64,000 nt of DNA from a virus (taxonomy: Duplodnaviria; Caudoviricetes). A model generated the notes under the pieces. That model was given only the letters and a program-made list of their open reading frames with translations, was not told where the DNA came from and did no database searches. The position numbers and the translations under genes are program-made. The stretch is from positions 805 through 64,804 of the IMG/VR virus record IMGVR_UViG_3300025697_000023; one strand, given 5' to 3'. Below, in pieces: positions 28,286-38,300 of the stretch. Positions within the stretch are counted from its first letter, which is position 1, and every line of letters begins with the position of its first letter.

Positions 28286-29464
28286 TTATTTCATTGCCTC
28301 CTTGAGTCGTTGCGTTGTTTCTGGTCCAGGAATTCCATCTTCCTTTATCTTATCATCTTCGTGTTCACTGTTCCACTTTGCTTGAAAAATTATGAGTGCC
28401 TGTTTAGTCTTGGATCCGAATTTACCGTCAGTTGCCAAACGTGTCCCTTGCATATTAAGAGCTTCTTGTACCTCTCTAATACCCCAAACTTCGGAATCAT
28501 CTTTATCAGGGTCGTCATCATGCGTAGGTGTCTCGTCCCCGTAGCTGGGGTTAACGCTCTCGTCCCACTCTAGACCACCCCAAAGGTCACCTACCTCATC
28601 TTCTAGGGTGTCCCAGTAACGGGTAATGAAGTCATGCTCTAATATTGGGATCGTGTTATAGGCGGCGTCATTAACATCGTCAAAGGGCCACAAGGGTCCC
28701 ATATCAGTTTTGTGTTTACGCCAATCAGTATGTTGACTCATTCGCGCACGATCCAGACGTCCAGGTAATGCCGCAATAATAATACGTTTGAGTTTAATAT
28801 TGTTAATTATCTGGGTAGTAGGGTATGGCTGCATAATTTTGACGCCCCGATAGGGGTCCCCCAATCGAACCGGAGGAAGTTTGTCTATTAATTCCCTGGG
28901 TATTTCTCGAGCCCAAAAATGCCAGGTTTCTTTTCCCCGCGCATTCTTCCTCATTTCAATCTTCCCGGCATTTACCATCTCGATAGAGATAGAATCGGAG
29001 TTACGACGGGGTTCATGCCACGCACCGTCCTCAAGAGGAATAATATAGAAAGGAAGTCCGCTATACCCGTGTACAAAATGAGTAGACGCTCCGTTATACT
29101 TAAGAGTGCCGTCTTTCTTTTTTTTGGTCTTGTTTGAGCTGAACCACGAGAGAGTAGACTGATGACTAATCCCCGCAGTAAAGTGGTCTACCCACCAGAG
29201 GTGTTCCTTGGAGGATAAGCGCCCTCTAGTTTTTTGTTTCGTAGGGTAATACTTAACAAGTCCGGGCATACGCTCTTTGATTCGTTTATGGGTATCCAGG
29301 AATAAACAATCTAAACAGTATACTGCTTCAGCTTGTGAAAGAACTGCGGTACCCGCTTTTTCCCAAAGCTTAAGGAACTCATCATGAGCTTTCTGTCCTT
29401 CTTTAGCTACTAAGGCCCAGAATTCTTTAGTCGACAATTCCGCCCAGCTTTTTGCGTTCATCAT
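28286..29464 (-). CDS. N-acetylmuramoyl-L-alanine amidase (endolysin-like) with C-terminal peptidoglycan-binding domain
   Basis: VDHFTAG, STHF, AWH...[14 protein letters not shown]...KTD; [15 protein letters not shown]...FQ...DGIPGPET. Confidence 0.85.
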   Translation of the reverse strand: MMNAKSWAELSTKEFWALVAKEGQKAHDEFLKLWEKAGTAVLSQAEAVYCLDCLFLDTHKRIKERMPGLVKYYPTKQKTRGRLSSKEHLWWVDHFTAGISHQSTLSWFSSNKTKKKKDGTLKYNGASTHFVHGYSGLPFYIIPLEDGAWHEPRRNSDSISIEMVNAGKIEMRKNARGKETWHFWAREIPRELIDKLPPVRLGDPYRGVKIMQPYPTTQIINNIKLKRIIIAALPGRLDRARMSQHTDWRKHKTDMGPLWPFDDVNDAAYNTIPILEHDFITRYWDTLEDEVGDLWGGLEWDESVNPSYGDETPTHDDDPDKDDSEVWGIREVQEALNMQGTRLATDGKFGSKTKQALIIFQAKWNSEHEDDKIKEDGIPGPETTQRLKEAMK

Positions 29465-30363
29465 TTTGGACCTTTGCATAGGTCGTAGTACCCGCACCAT
29501 TTTGGGGTACAGACCCAGTTAGTAAGGGTCGGGTCACAACGTGGAAAGTTTCCCTTTTTGATAAGATCAACCACTTGTTCCATATCCTCTACCAGGATGC
29601 GTTTATCGGTTAACGTTCGTGTTGTCTTTCTAGGTTTATAGTGGGTTCCACTTTTCTGGTCAAGTAAGAAGTCAAAACGCCCACGAGTTGTGCGCTCCAC
29701 GATAGTATAAAGTGTAATCTGAGATGATTCTCTGATTTTAGCTTCTGGCCACATACGTCCTGTAGTCTTTAAATCCGATACAACCTCTACCTCAGGAGGA
29801 GGCTGTTCCGGGTCATCATCTACTGTATATTCTCCAGGAACAGAATCTATAAGATCGATAACACCTATGACAGGAACCGTACCTATTTTTACTGCAAAAG
29901 TTTTTTCGGCTGCAATCGGTTTGATTTTGGGAACAGCATCAGTATAGTAGACTTGAAAATTAGAGATTGTTCTTACCTTAACAAAATCCGGTTTGACTTC
30001 TTCTCCATTGATAGTCCAGTCTTCAACCTTTTTTGCTTCTTTATCAAATATCTCGGACACATGTTGTGATGCCTCTCCGAGACTCATCAACTTTCCAGTT
30101 TCAATCGTATGTAAGTGAACAACTTCTGCTCCCGCGTGAATTGAACTTCCTTTTATTAACGCAATTCCCGGAGGTTTCTTTAACTCTTGAAGGTACGCGT
30201 ACATATATTGACGGGGACATTTACGGTAGGTATTAAACTGAGAATTAGAAAAAACTTTACGCGGTAATCCTTCATCTACAAACTGGTCTTCTGCTACAGG
30301 GTAAATAAATTGGCGCCCACTAGGGTGGGGTTTAGGCTTGTTCATAATAATGCCGTCCTCCAA
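29461..30363 (-). CDS. second PD-(D/E)XK nuclease, RecB/Cas4-like
   Basis: [46 protein letters not shown]. Confidence 0.8.
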   Translation of the reverse strand: MEDGIIMNKPKPHPSGRQFIYPVAEDQFVDEGLPRKVFSNSQFNTYRKCPRQYMYAYLQELKKPPGIALIKGSSIHAGAEVVHLHTIETGKLMSLGEASQHVSEIFDKEAKKVEDWTINGEEVKPDFVKVRTISNFQVYYTDAVPKIKPIAAEKTFAVKIGTVPVIGVIDLIDSVPGEYTVDDDPEQPPPEVEVVSDLKTTGRMWPEAKIRESSQITLYTIVERTTRGRFDFLLDQKSGTHYKPRKTTRTLTDKRILVEDMEQVVDLIKKGNFPRCDPTLTNWVCTPKWCGYYDLCKGPK

Positions 30364-30443
30364 GAGTTATAGGTTTTGAAAATTAGGTCTCCTTGTTTTG
30401 CGTTTTGACATAATCTTTTTCCGCGACTTTAGCCACGGGTAGT

Positions 30444-30860
30444 TTACCGGTTACGGCTTCGTATTTCATCTTGGCTCATTTCTCCTGGTTGGTCGTACGT
30501 TGCTCCGGCAGGAAGGAAATCCGCAGGTACTTCTGCAGGGTTCTCGGGCACAATACCTGCACCCCCACCCGTTTGTGTAAGTTCTTGACTTTGTCCCAGC
30601 ATGTTAGCTATTTCCTTAACTCCATTGACTTCAGACATAGGTTTTTCAGCCTCGGGTTCCAAGCTGGGAATAGACTCAGCAGGTACTACAGGCGATAGCT
30701 TACATCCTTTTTTTATTTGAATAATTTGGTCTAAATTCAGGTTGCAGATTTCTATACTAAACGGGTCTGCTGTAATGTTAAGATCTTCGGAGGAAATATC
30801 TTGGCCTAATTGTTGCTCCAGCATTTTAACGACTTCGTCATACTCCAATGTTAGCTTCAT
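30444..30860 (-). CDS. hypothetical protein
   Basis: GGAGG SD before MKLTLEY; start overlaps the helicase stop. Confidence 0.55.
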   Translation of the reverse strand: MKLTLEYDEVVKMLEQQLGQDISSEDLNITADPFSIEICNLNLDQIIQIKKGCKLSPVVPAESIPSLEPEAEKPMSEVNGVKEIANMLGQSQELTQTGGGAGIVPENPAEVPADFLPAGATYDQPGEMSQDEIRSRNR

Positions 30861-32893
30861 GATTCCTCCAGTTTTGGGTAAACACACGTTGCTTTAGATA
30901 CAACTCTCTTAACCGTTGTACTTAAAACACAGTGTTCTGTCCATGGAAGAGTCCCCTTTTCTAAACATTTTTTATATTTTTTACACAGTAAACAATTAAG
31001 TTTGTGGGTTAACGTGTGGGATATATCTTCTTTTTGCTCCAGGGCTATCAACTGTTGCCGCTCTACCGTGCCGCGAGCACAGAGGGAATAGACTACTGTC
31101 TTTTCTTTTTGCCCTATACGATAACTTCGACCTAAAGACTGAAGCCAGTCTTCAAGGGAAAACGTACGCCCATACGATATAACGTACTTGGCAGCTGTCA
31201 GCGTAATAACGATCCCCGTCGTAATTTGTCCAAGGTATACCTGTATTTCTGGATTTTCCTGAAACTGTTTCGCTAATGTTTTAATATTTTTTGTTGTTGT
31301 TCCGTCGACTCGAACGTACCGTATCTTCTTTTTAATCAGGAGCGCTTCGATGGTGTCCAGTTCTGCCGTAAAGTTGGCCCAGGTAATTATCTTATGTCCT
31401 CCTGAGAGTAGGTCTTCAAGAAGATCTCCGTAGACATTCAACTTGGGGTTTACGCCGTAATGTTGTTCCTGGCGTCCTGCAGCCTTCACCTGTTGGATGC
31501 ACTTCGGAGTACCTGGAAGAATACCCTCATCCACGCAGGCGCGTACGTGAGGACAGTCGTCACAAATTCTATCATCGATACTATAATAATAAAATCCGCT
31601 GCAAATCTGTAAAAGTTTTGATAACCGAATAGCTCCGTTTTGTAACTCTAGCGGATCTGCGTTAGGGATATCCAGCTTCATATCTTTTACGGCGTAGTTA
31701 TAATCTCGCATCTGAGTTTTTGTTAGGTCAAAGTAAACAGTCTCGAATCTTCGAGTAGGAAGATCTACACAATCATCGAGTTTTTTACGGTCGGTGATTT
31801 GATCAACACGTGCATTTAGTTCATGGAGGTTCTTATACCCGATAACTATGTGTTTATGCCAAGGTGCATAATCCACATGCTTAGTACAGAACTCCTCCCA
31901 AGTGTCCGTGAGCGTGTAGGGCGCAAGAAACTTGAGTTGAGGATAAAGGTCCCGGGGGTCTCCTAAACTAAGAGTACCGGTCAACTCGTAACGTCTGGCT
32001 GCATAGGCGGATAACCGTAAACATACTTTGGTACGTTGGCTATAAAGCTGTTTTATCCTGTGAGACTCATCAGCAACAATTACGTCATACGGGATTTCTG
32101 AGAGCCACTGAATATTATCGGTTCGAAGTTCGGAAACTTCCAGTCCGATATCGCGTACCTTGCGGCCCTTTACCCACTCCTCAGTCAAGCGTTTTTGTTC
32201 TATCGTACTGTTGAGCCGCATGAGGTATTTTTTGAGAGTATCTGTGGGGTATTGGTTAACTGCGTGACAAATTTTGCTAACAGCAGGGGAAAGATAGGGG
32301 ATACCGTAGAGACGTGCAGTGTCGTAGGAAGTAACAATTAAATCTGCGTCCGAGGTTTCAACAAGCTTTTCAAATTTGGCTTTCCTAGATTTTCCGAGGA
32401 TCGAAACTATCTTAAGTTGCCCTTCTGAGAAGGTGTTTACTTCCTCAACCCAGTTCTCGACGCCCACAAAAGGACAAAGAACAAGGGCACGCTGTCCTTT
32501 GAGCATCAGCATTAAGTCTATGATAATCTTAGTTTTTCCTGTCCCCATTTCCCAATTAAGAACATAGCGCCAGTTGTGAAGGAGTGTTTCGAGCCCGTGA
32601 GTCTGGTGCTCGTAACTAGAGACCGGGAACTTAGTAGAAGCAACTCGTTCCTTAATCTTCTCTACGTCGGTAATCTCTGCCGCCCAGACAGCGGCTTCTT
32701 CACTGTAAGTAATTTTAGGGTAGACCTTAAGTACGTCGTGCTGTACTTTTTGTATGAACGGTGGAAATGCAGGGAACAGCCAGCGCTTGTATTGCTTTTG
32801 GTAGGTCGCGCCGTACACCCGTTTCCACTCAGGAGATTCATCCTGGACAATAAACACAGGAGTTTTACCGAGGTGTTCTAATGTTACTTCCAT
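30857..32893 (-). CDS. SNF2-family helicase/ATPase
   Basis: EMGTGKT, ADESH.IK, LTGT, KLLQICSG, RVDG, QSLGRSYRIGQ. Confidence 0.9.
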   Translation of the reverse strand: MEVTLEHLGKTPVFIVQDESPEWKRVYGATYQKQYKRWLFPAFPPFIQKVQHDVLKVYPKITYSEEAAVWAAEITDVEKIKERVASTKFPVSSYEHQTHGLETLLHNWRYVLNWEMGTGKTKIIIDLMLMLKGQRALVLCPFVGVENWVEEVNTFSEGQLKIVSILGKSRKAKFEKLVETSDADLIVTSYDTARLYGIPYLSPAVSKICHAVNQYPTDTLKKYLMRLNSTIEQKRLTEEWVKGRKVRDIGLEVSELRTDNIQWLSEIPYDVIVADESHRIKQLYSQRTKVCLRLSAYAARRYELTGTLSLGDPRDLYPQLKFLAPYTLTDTWEEFCTKHVDYAPWHKHIVIGYKNLHELNARVDQITDRKKLDDCVDLPTRRFETVYFDLTKTQMRDYNYAVKDMKLDIPNADPLELQNGAIRLSKLLQICSGFYYYSIDDRICDDCPHVRACVDEGILPGTPKCIQQVKAAGRQEQHYGVNPKLNVYGDLLEDLLSGGHKIITWANFTAELDTIEALLIKKKIRYVRVDGTTTKNIKTLAKQFQENPEIQVYLGQITTGIVITLTAAKYVISYGRTFSLEDWLQSLGRSYRIGQKEKTVVYSLCARGTVERQQLIALEQKEDISHTLTHKLNCLLCKKYKKCLEKGTLPWTEHCVLSTTVKRVVSKATCVYPKLEES

Positions 32894-32951
32894 TTGCTTC
32901 CCTTTAGCAGTAATATTTGATAAGGTATAGAAGTTATTAAAGGATAAAAAT

Positions 32952-34685
32952 ATGTCAACGTTGTCAAATATGACCAGCGGATCTTCTACGGGTGGTGCAG
33001 GTATTCATGCAAACCCTCACAGGACGTTTCTACAGACGATAACACCGCGTAGACTCAAGGAACTTTTCCTCTGGACAGAGTACCTTTTTTATAACAGCGC
33101 CCATGTTTACGCCGCACTTAGAAAGTTCGGCGAATACCCCATCACAGAAGTTACTTATAGTACCACTAATAAATCACTAAGAAAAAAACATAAGCATTTG
33201 CTGGAAAATGTTATCCGTGTTCGCGAGCTGCTCATCATGACTACTCTGGATAAGTACGTCTACGGTAACGCCTTCATGAGTATGTACCAGCCGTTTATTC
33301 GTTACCTGAAGTGTGATCGCTGCAGTACTCTTACAAATATTCAGCACATAGAGTACACCTTCAATCTTTCCAAGCTGACGTTCAAATATAAGTGTGGAAA
33401 TTGTGACGCTAACGTAATTGTAGGAGAGGAAAATATTCAGGATCGCAAGGTTATGCTTGCTAAGCAGGTGAATTTCATCCGCTGGGATCCCAAGATGATG
33501 GATATTGATTACAACCCGATGACGGGTACTTCTATCTATTACTATAAGATTCCACCAGACGTAGTACAGCGGGTGCAGCAGGGACATAAAGCACTTATTG
33601 ATACGCTACCCCTCGGGTTTATTAAGGCTATCAAAGAAAATAAAAAGTTCAAATTTGCCAAGGATGCTATTTTTCATATTAAGACTGCGGGTCCTGCGGG
33701 AGTGAATCCTCAGTGGGGACTACCTCCTCTTATTTCGGCTATTCAGCTTTTCCATTTTACTGCTGTCTTACGTAAAAGTAATGAAGCCATCGCGCTTGAT
33801 CACCTTGTACCCTGGCGTATTTTATCCCCGGCACAGCAATCACAACAGGCGGATCCAGTTACTACTATCAGTCTTCAAAACTGGACAACCCGGATGGATT
33901 GGCACCTTAAACAGTACCGCCAAGACCCCTTACATATTATGTATGCGCCTATTCCTGTGAATGTTTCCCAGATTGGTGGCCAGGGTAAAATGCTACTTAC
34001 TCTGGGGGAAGTTCAGGAAGCAGAAAAAAATATTGTAGCAGCCCTCGGGGTTCCTATGGAATTCCTATATGGCGGGCTCACTCGTAGTGGGATGGAAATT
34101 ACTTTGCGCCTGATTGAGAACCAACTCGAAACCCATATCAACGATATTAAAGATCTCCTGCAGTGGGTGGATGATGGTTGTTCTAAGTTCCTTGGGTGGG
34201 AACGCATAGGCGTGGACATGAAGCCTTTCCGTATGGTTGATGACGTCTTGCAAAAACAAACGCTCATGCAAATGTGGATGCAGGGGCAACAGTCAGGAGC
34301 ACCTGTTATCTCTGACCAGACCATTGCGGAACTAAATCAAGTTGACCTTAACAAAGAAGAAAGCCGAATTAAGCAGGAAACCCTGGATCGTGTGCGCCAA
34401 CAGCAAGAGATTCAGCTTGAGATTAATAAAATTCAAAATAACATGGCTACACAGATCATGGTAGACGCGCAGCAAGCTTCCGGAGGTTCCGGGTACAATC
34501 CTCTGCAAGTTATTTCTGAGGCAGATGCTATAGTAGGGCGCCTTACACAGTTAGATGAAGGCACAAAAAAGAGCGAGCTACATACTCTTCAGATGGAAGA
34601 CTATGTGCTCTACGCCGTGGTAGTTCAGCGGCTTGAACATTTTAATAGTTCGCAACAGCGGCAGACAGCCGCGAGTCCGGCATAA
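32952..34685 (+). CDS. probable portal protein
   Basis: 577 aa at the head of the plus-strand module; YVYGNAF and WGLPP segments, Zn ribbon, helical Gln-rich tail. Family resemblance only. Confidence 0.55.
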   Translation: MSTLSNMTSGSSTGGAGIHANPHRTFLQTITPRRLKELFLWTEYLFYNSAHVYAALRKFGEYPITEVTYSTTNKSLRKKHKHLLENVIRVRELLIMTTLDKYVYGNAFMSMYQPFIRYLKCDRCSTLTNIQHIEYTFNLSKLTFKYKCGNCDANVIVGEENIQDRKVMLAKQVNFIRWDPKMMDIDYNPMTGTSIYYYKIPPDVVQRVQQGHKALIDTLPLGFIKAIKENKKFKFAKDAIFHIKTAGPAGVNPQWGLPPLISAIQLFHFTAVLRKSNEAIALDHLVPWRILSPAQQSQQADPVTTISLQNWTTRMDWHLKQYRQDPLHIMYAPIPVNVSQIGGQGKMLLTLGEVQEAEKNIVAALGVPMEFLYGGLTRSGMEITLRLIENQLETHINDIKDLLQWVDDGCSKFLGWERIGVDMKPFRMVDDVLQKQTLMQMWMQGQQSGAPVISDQTIAELNQVDLNKEESRIKQETLDRVRQQQEIQLEINKIQNNMATQIMVDAQQASGGSGYNPLQVISEADAIVGRLTQLDEGTKKSELHTLQMEDYVLYAVVVQRLEHFNSSQQRQTAASPA

Positions 34686-34686
34686 T

Positions 34687-35208
34687 ATGGCACAAGACGA
34701 ATCAACCAAAACGTACGCGGACCTTGCGCTTAAACAAGGACGCCCGTCCATGGCAGAACCTCCCGATGAGTTTGATCTCCCTACCAACAGCGTTTTTCGT
34801 AGCGCCCAAAAGGACATCATAGGGAAAAATGTTAAGCCGGGAAAATCCGGAATTGAGCTTAACTACTTATCTTTTTCCAAGGTTTTTGTTCTTTGGCGTC
34901 CCTGGGACGTATGCGCCCGTTGTGCCGCGGCTCTTAATGACGACAACATTGAGATACGTCTCCCTGATGTTGGTGACTATGTGTGCCCCCACGTACAGGA
35001 AGCGGAGTTTAAAGTCATAAGAGATAAGTGTCTTTCAGGAGATTTTCTGTTAGACCGTCAAGAATTTTTTAATCTCCGAGACGGCACACGTTGTGTACAT
35101 ATCTCATGGCTTGAAGTAGACGCTGAAAAACTTAAGCAACTGGATCAACTTAAAAGAGTTCGTGATAAAATGGATAACATCTTTCCGCATGACCCAACCA
35201 AAAAATAG
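34687..35208 (+). CDS. hypothetical protein (CxxC, CPH)
   Basis: ATG 1 nt after the portal stop; followed by a hairpin. Confidence 0.6.
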   Translation: MAQDESTKTYADLALKQGRPSMAEPPDEFDLPTNSVFRSAQKDIIGKNVKPGKSGIELNYLSFSKVFVLWRPWDVCARCAAALNDDNIEIRLPDVGDYVCPHVQEAEFKVIRDKCLSGDFLLDRQEFFNLRDGTRCVHISWLEVDAEKLKQLDQLKRVRDKMDNIFPHDPTKK

Positions 35209-35235
35209 AGGGCTGTGCGCCACAACCCTATTTTT
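35200..35235. terminator. intrinsic, likely bidirectional, terminator
   Basis: AAAAATAG-AGGGCTGTG-cgc-CACAACCC-TATTTTT; the core stem is perfect with a G-U pair on the minus strand. Confidence 0.75.
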
Positions 35236-35246
35236 AAAGCTTTCAG

Positions 35247-35285
35247 TTAAAACCCTATCAGAATTCGCAAGAAGACTATTACCAT
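35247..35285 (-). CDS. 12-aa hydrophobic micropeptide MVIVFLRILIGF
   Basis: GAAAGGAGG SD 6 nt upstream, TGGTATAAG upstream of that, terminator downstream. Confidence 0.5.
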   Translation of the reverse strand: MVIVFLRILIGF

Positions 35286-35357
35286 AAACAACCTCCTTTC
35301 TAGTTTCTTATACCAATAGCTTGCTCTATAATTGTCTTCGAACCCCAGGAGTAGCTC

Positions 35358-38300
35358 ATGCCAGACTTGACCCCCATTATGATGGACCCGGAACAAAAAC
35401 GGGCAGCTATAAAGCAGCGCGTTATGGAAGGACTTCGTGAATCTTTCCCTGTAAAATCGCGCAATAAAACATTAGAAGTCTTGGACCTGAAATTTGTAGA
35501 CAAAGATTTTTCTCCGTCAGACCAAAAGGCAGCGCTTCTCCGGGGGGATACCTTGCATGAGGCTGTGAAAGGAACACTCAGACTCAAAGATAAAGATGGC
35601 AAATTAATTGACGAACTCAAAGATTTTACCATGGCCAGGATTCCTTGGTTTACTCCTCGCCACACATTTATTGTAGGGGGCAACGAGTATTCTGTTTCTA
35701 ATATGGTACGGCCCAAGCCGGGAGTCTATGCGCGTAAACGTGCTAATGAAGTTCTCGAAGCTAACTTTAATATCGTTGGAGGCCACAACTTTAATATCAC
35801 TATGGACCCTGAGAAAGGAGAACCGCAACTTGAATACGGTTCTTCAAAAATACCCTTGTATACAATTCTCCGTAAAGCCGGAGTATCTCATGAGCGTATT
35901 GCTAAGATATGGGGTCGAAAACTTGCAGAACAAAATCATAAAAAACTAAGTAAAAATGCTGATAAACATGTAGATAAACTTTACAACAAAATAATCCCGG
36001 AATACCGCCAAAAAGCAGGTGCGGGTACCTCTGATAAAATAGATGAGATTTTTGCGCGTTACGCTGACACCCACATGGACCCGGATGTCAATGAAGCCAC
36101 GCTAGGTAAACGCTACTCTGGTGTTTCTCAGGACAGTCTCTTAGATGCTTCAGGTAAAGTACTCCAAATTTTTAAACAAGACGCGGAGGTCGACGACCGA
36201 GACAACCTGGATTTTAAAACTATTCATGGTGTCGAAGATTTCTTTAAAGAACGTATCAAGCTTGACGCCCGGGACGTGGCACGAAAAACTGCAATCAAAA
36301 TGGAAGTTGTACCGGAACTTAAGAAAGCTCTAGCGTCAGGCCCGTTTACTAAGGGGATTCTTAAGTTTATCAATAGCTCTCAGTTAGCATCTGTGCCTAC
36401 GCAAACTAATCCTATGGAGTTAATTGATGCTGCCATGCGGGTTACTTCTTTGGGTGAAGGAGGGATCTCGTCAGAGCGTGCTATTCCTATAGAAGCTCGG
36501 TACACACATCCTACTCAGATTGGTGCCCTGGATCCTATACGTACTCCCGAGTCTTTCCGAGCAGGTATAGACGTCCGTGCTGCTATGATGGTTAAGCGCG
36601 ATAATAACGGCAATATCTATGTCCCCGTTTACGACGTAAAGAAAAAGAAATCTAAATATATTCGTGCAGGAGAAATCCAGCGAAAGATATTGGCTTTTCC
36701 AGGTCAGAAAATGACAGGTAAAGTAGATGTCTTAGACCGGGGCCGAGTTAGAGTGCTTCCTGCATCTCAGGTAGATTATCAAATCCCACATGTATCCGCC
36801 ATGTATAGTCCCACGACTAATCTGGTTCCGTTTATAGAATCATCCCAGGGTAACCGAGCTATTATGGGTTCCAAGATGAGTACTCAAGCGCTTTCGCTAG
36901 TAGATCGCGAAGCTCCCCTGGTACAGGTTAAGTCCCAAACAGGAGACTCCTTCGAAAGTTTGATGGGGAGCATTATTAATCCAACGGCACCAATCAATGG
37001 AACAGTTACCCGAGTTACTGATGAGTATATCTATATACGTCCTGACGGTGAAAAGGTGGGTGCTGTAGGGGGTAAGACCGTTAAAGTTCCGTATGAGAAA
37101 GATTTTCCTTTAGCATCTAAGACGTACTTAGATCACAAAATATTAGTAAAAAGTGGGGACCGCGTAAAGCGTGGACAAACTTTAGGAGAGTCTAATTTTA
37201 CTCGAGGAGGCAAGCTGGCTTTGGGTAAGAACCTACGGGTAGCTTACATGCCTTACTACGGAGCAAACTCTAATGACGCCGTGGTTGTAAGTGAAGGTGG
37301 CGCCGGAAAACTAACATCAGAACGAATGTATAAGATTGTTGTTACCCGGGATAATGACCTCACGTTTAACCGGGAAAAACATAGAACATATTATGGACAC
37401 GGCTACACGAAAGACCAGTATGGTCCTCTGGACAATGAGGGAGTAGTCAAACCGGGAGCTAAAATTAAGAGTGGGGATCCTGTAATTCTGGGTCTTCGTA
37501 AATCTGAAATGACTGCTGACGACATCATTCTTGGAAAATTGCATAGGTCTCTCGCTCGACCTTACCGGGAGTTTAAGCAGGGGTGGGACCATGACTATGA
37601 GGGCGAAGTTATCGATGTTGTAAAAACTCCCAAGCGTATTGCGCTCACGATTAAAACTAGAGAAAGAGCCACGGTTGGTGATAAACTCTGTTACACAAAA
37701 GATACTGATGTACTTACTACCGGCGGGTGGTTGCCTATATCTGAAGTAGATTACAATACCGTACTCTATACGCTCAAACAAAATGGAAATATAGAGCTTC
37801 AGTTGCCTACAGAACTTTATCGGTATAACAGCGCGGACGAACTGTATGAACTAGAATCCCAACAAGTTAACCTGAGGGTCACACCTAATCATAATCTGTA
37901 TGTAAAAACTCGGAATGCGCAAGATTATGCACTAATAGAAGCTCAAAAAGTATTGGGTAAACGTGTAAGACATAAGAAAGATGGAATTTGGCAAGCAGAA
38001 ACCCCCCGGGCAGTTAGAATACCCACAGTTATACGAAAAACGGTAGGACGAAAATCTAAAAAATTACCTGAGATTGATACGCTAGCATGGTGTAGATTTT
38101 TGGGCGCGTATTTAGCGAACGGAAGTTTTTTAGTTCATATGCGGAAAGACCGTAAAGGAAGTATCGAATACAGGACTGCTATACACACCGTGGAAGGGCA
38201 AACACACAGTGTATCGGGAGACCAGCATACTTGGATCCAAAATATTATTAATGCTTGTGGGTTTGTAGGACAACAACGGAAAGATCGATATAACATTTCT

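Noticed and set aside
23424-30363. CRISPR-Cas adaptation module
   Set aside because: No cas1/cas2 or array; solo Cas4-like nucleases are common in phages.
30364-30443. Tiny minus-strand ORF MSKRKTRRPNFQNL
   Set aside because: Only 14 codons, with no convincing SD or other support.
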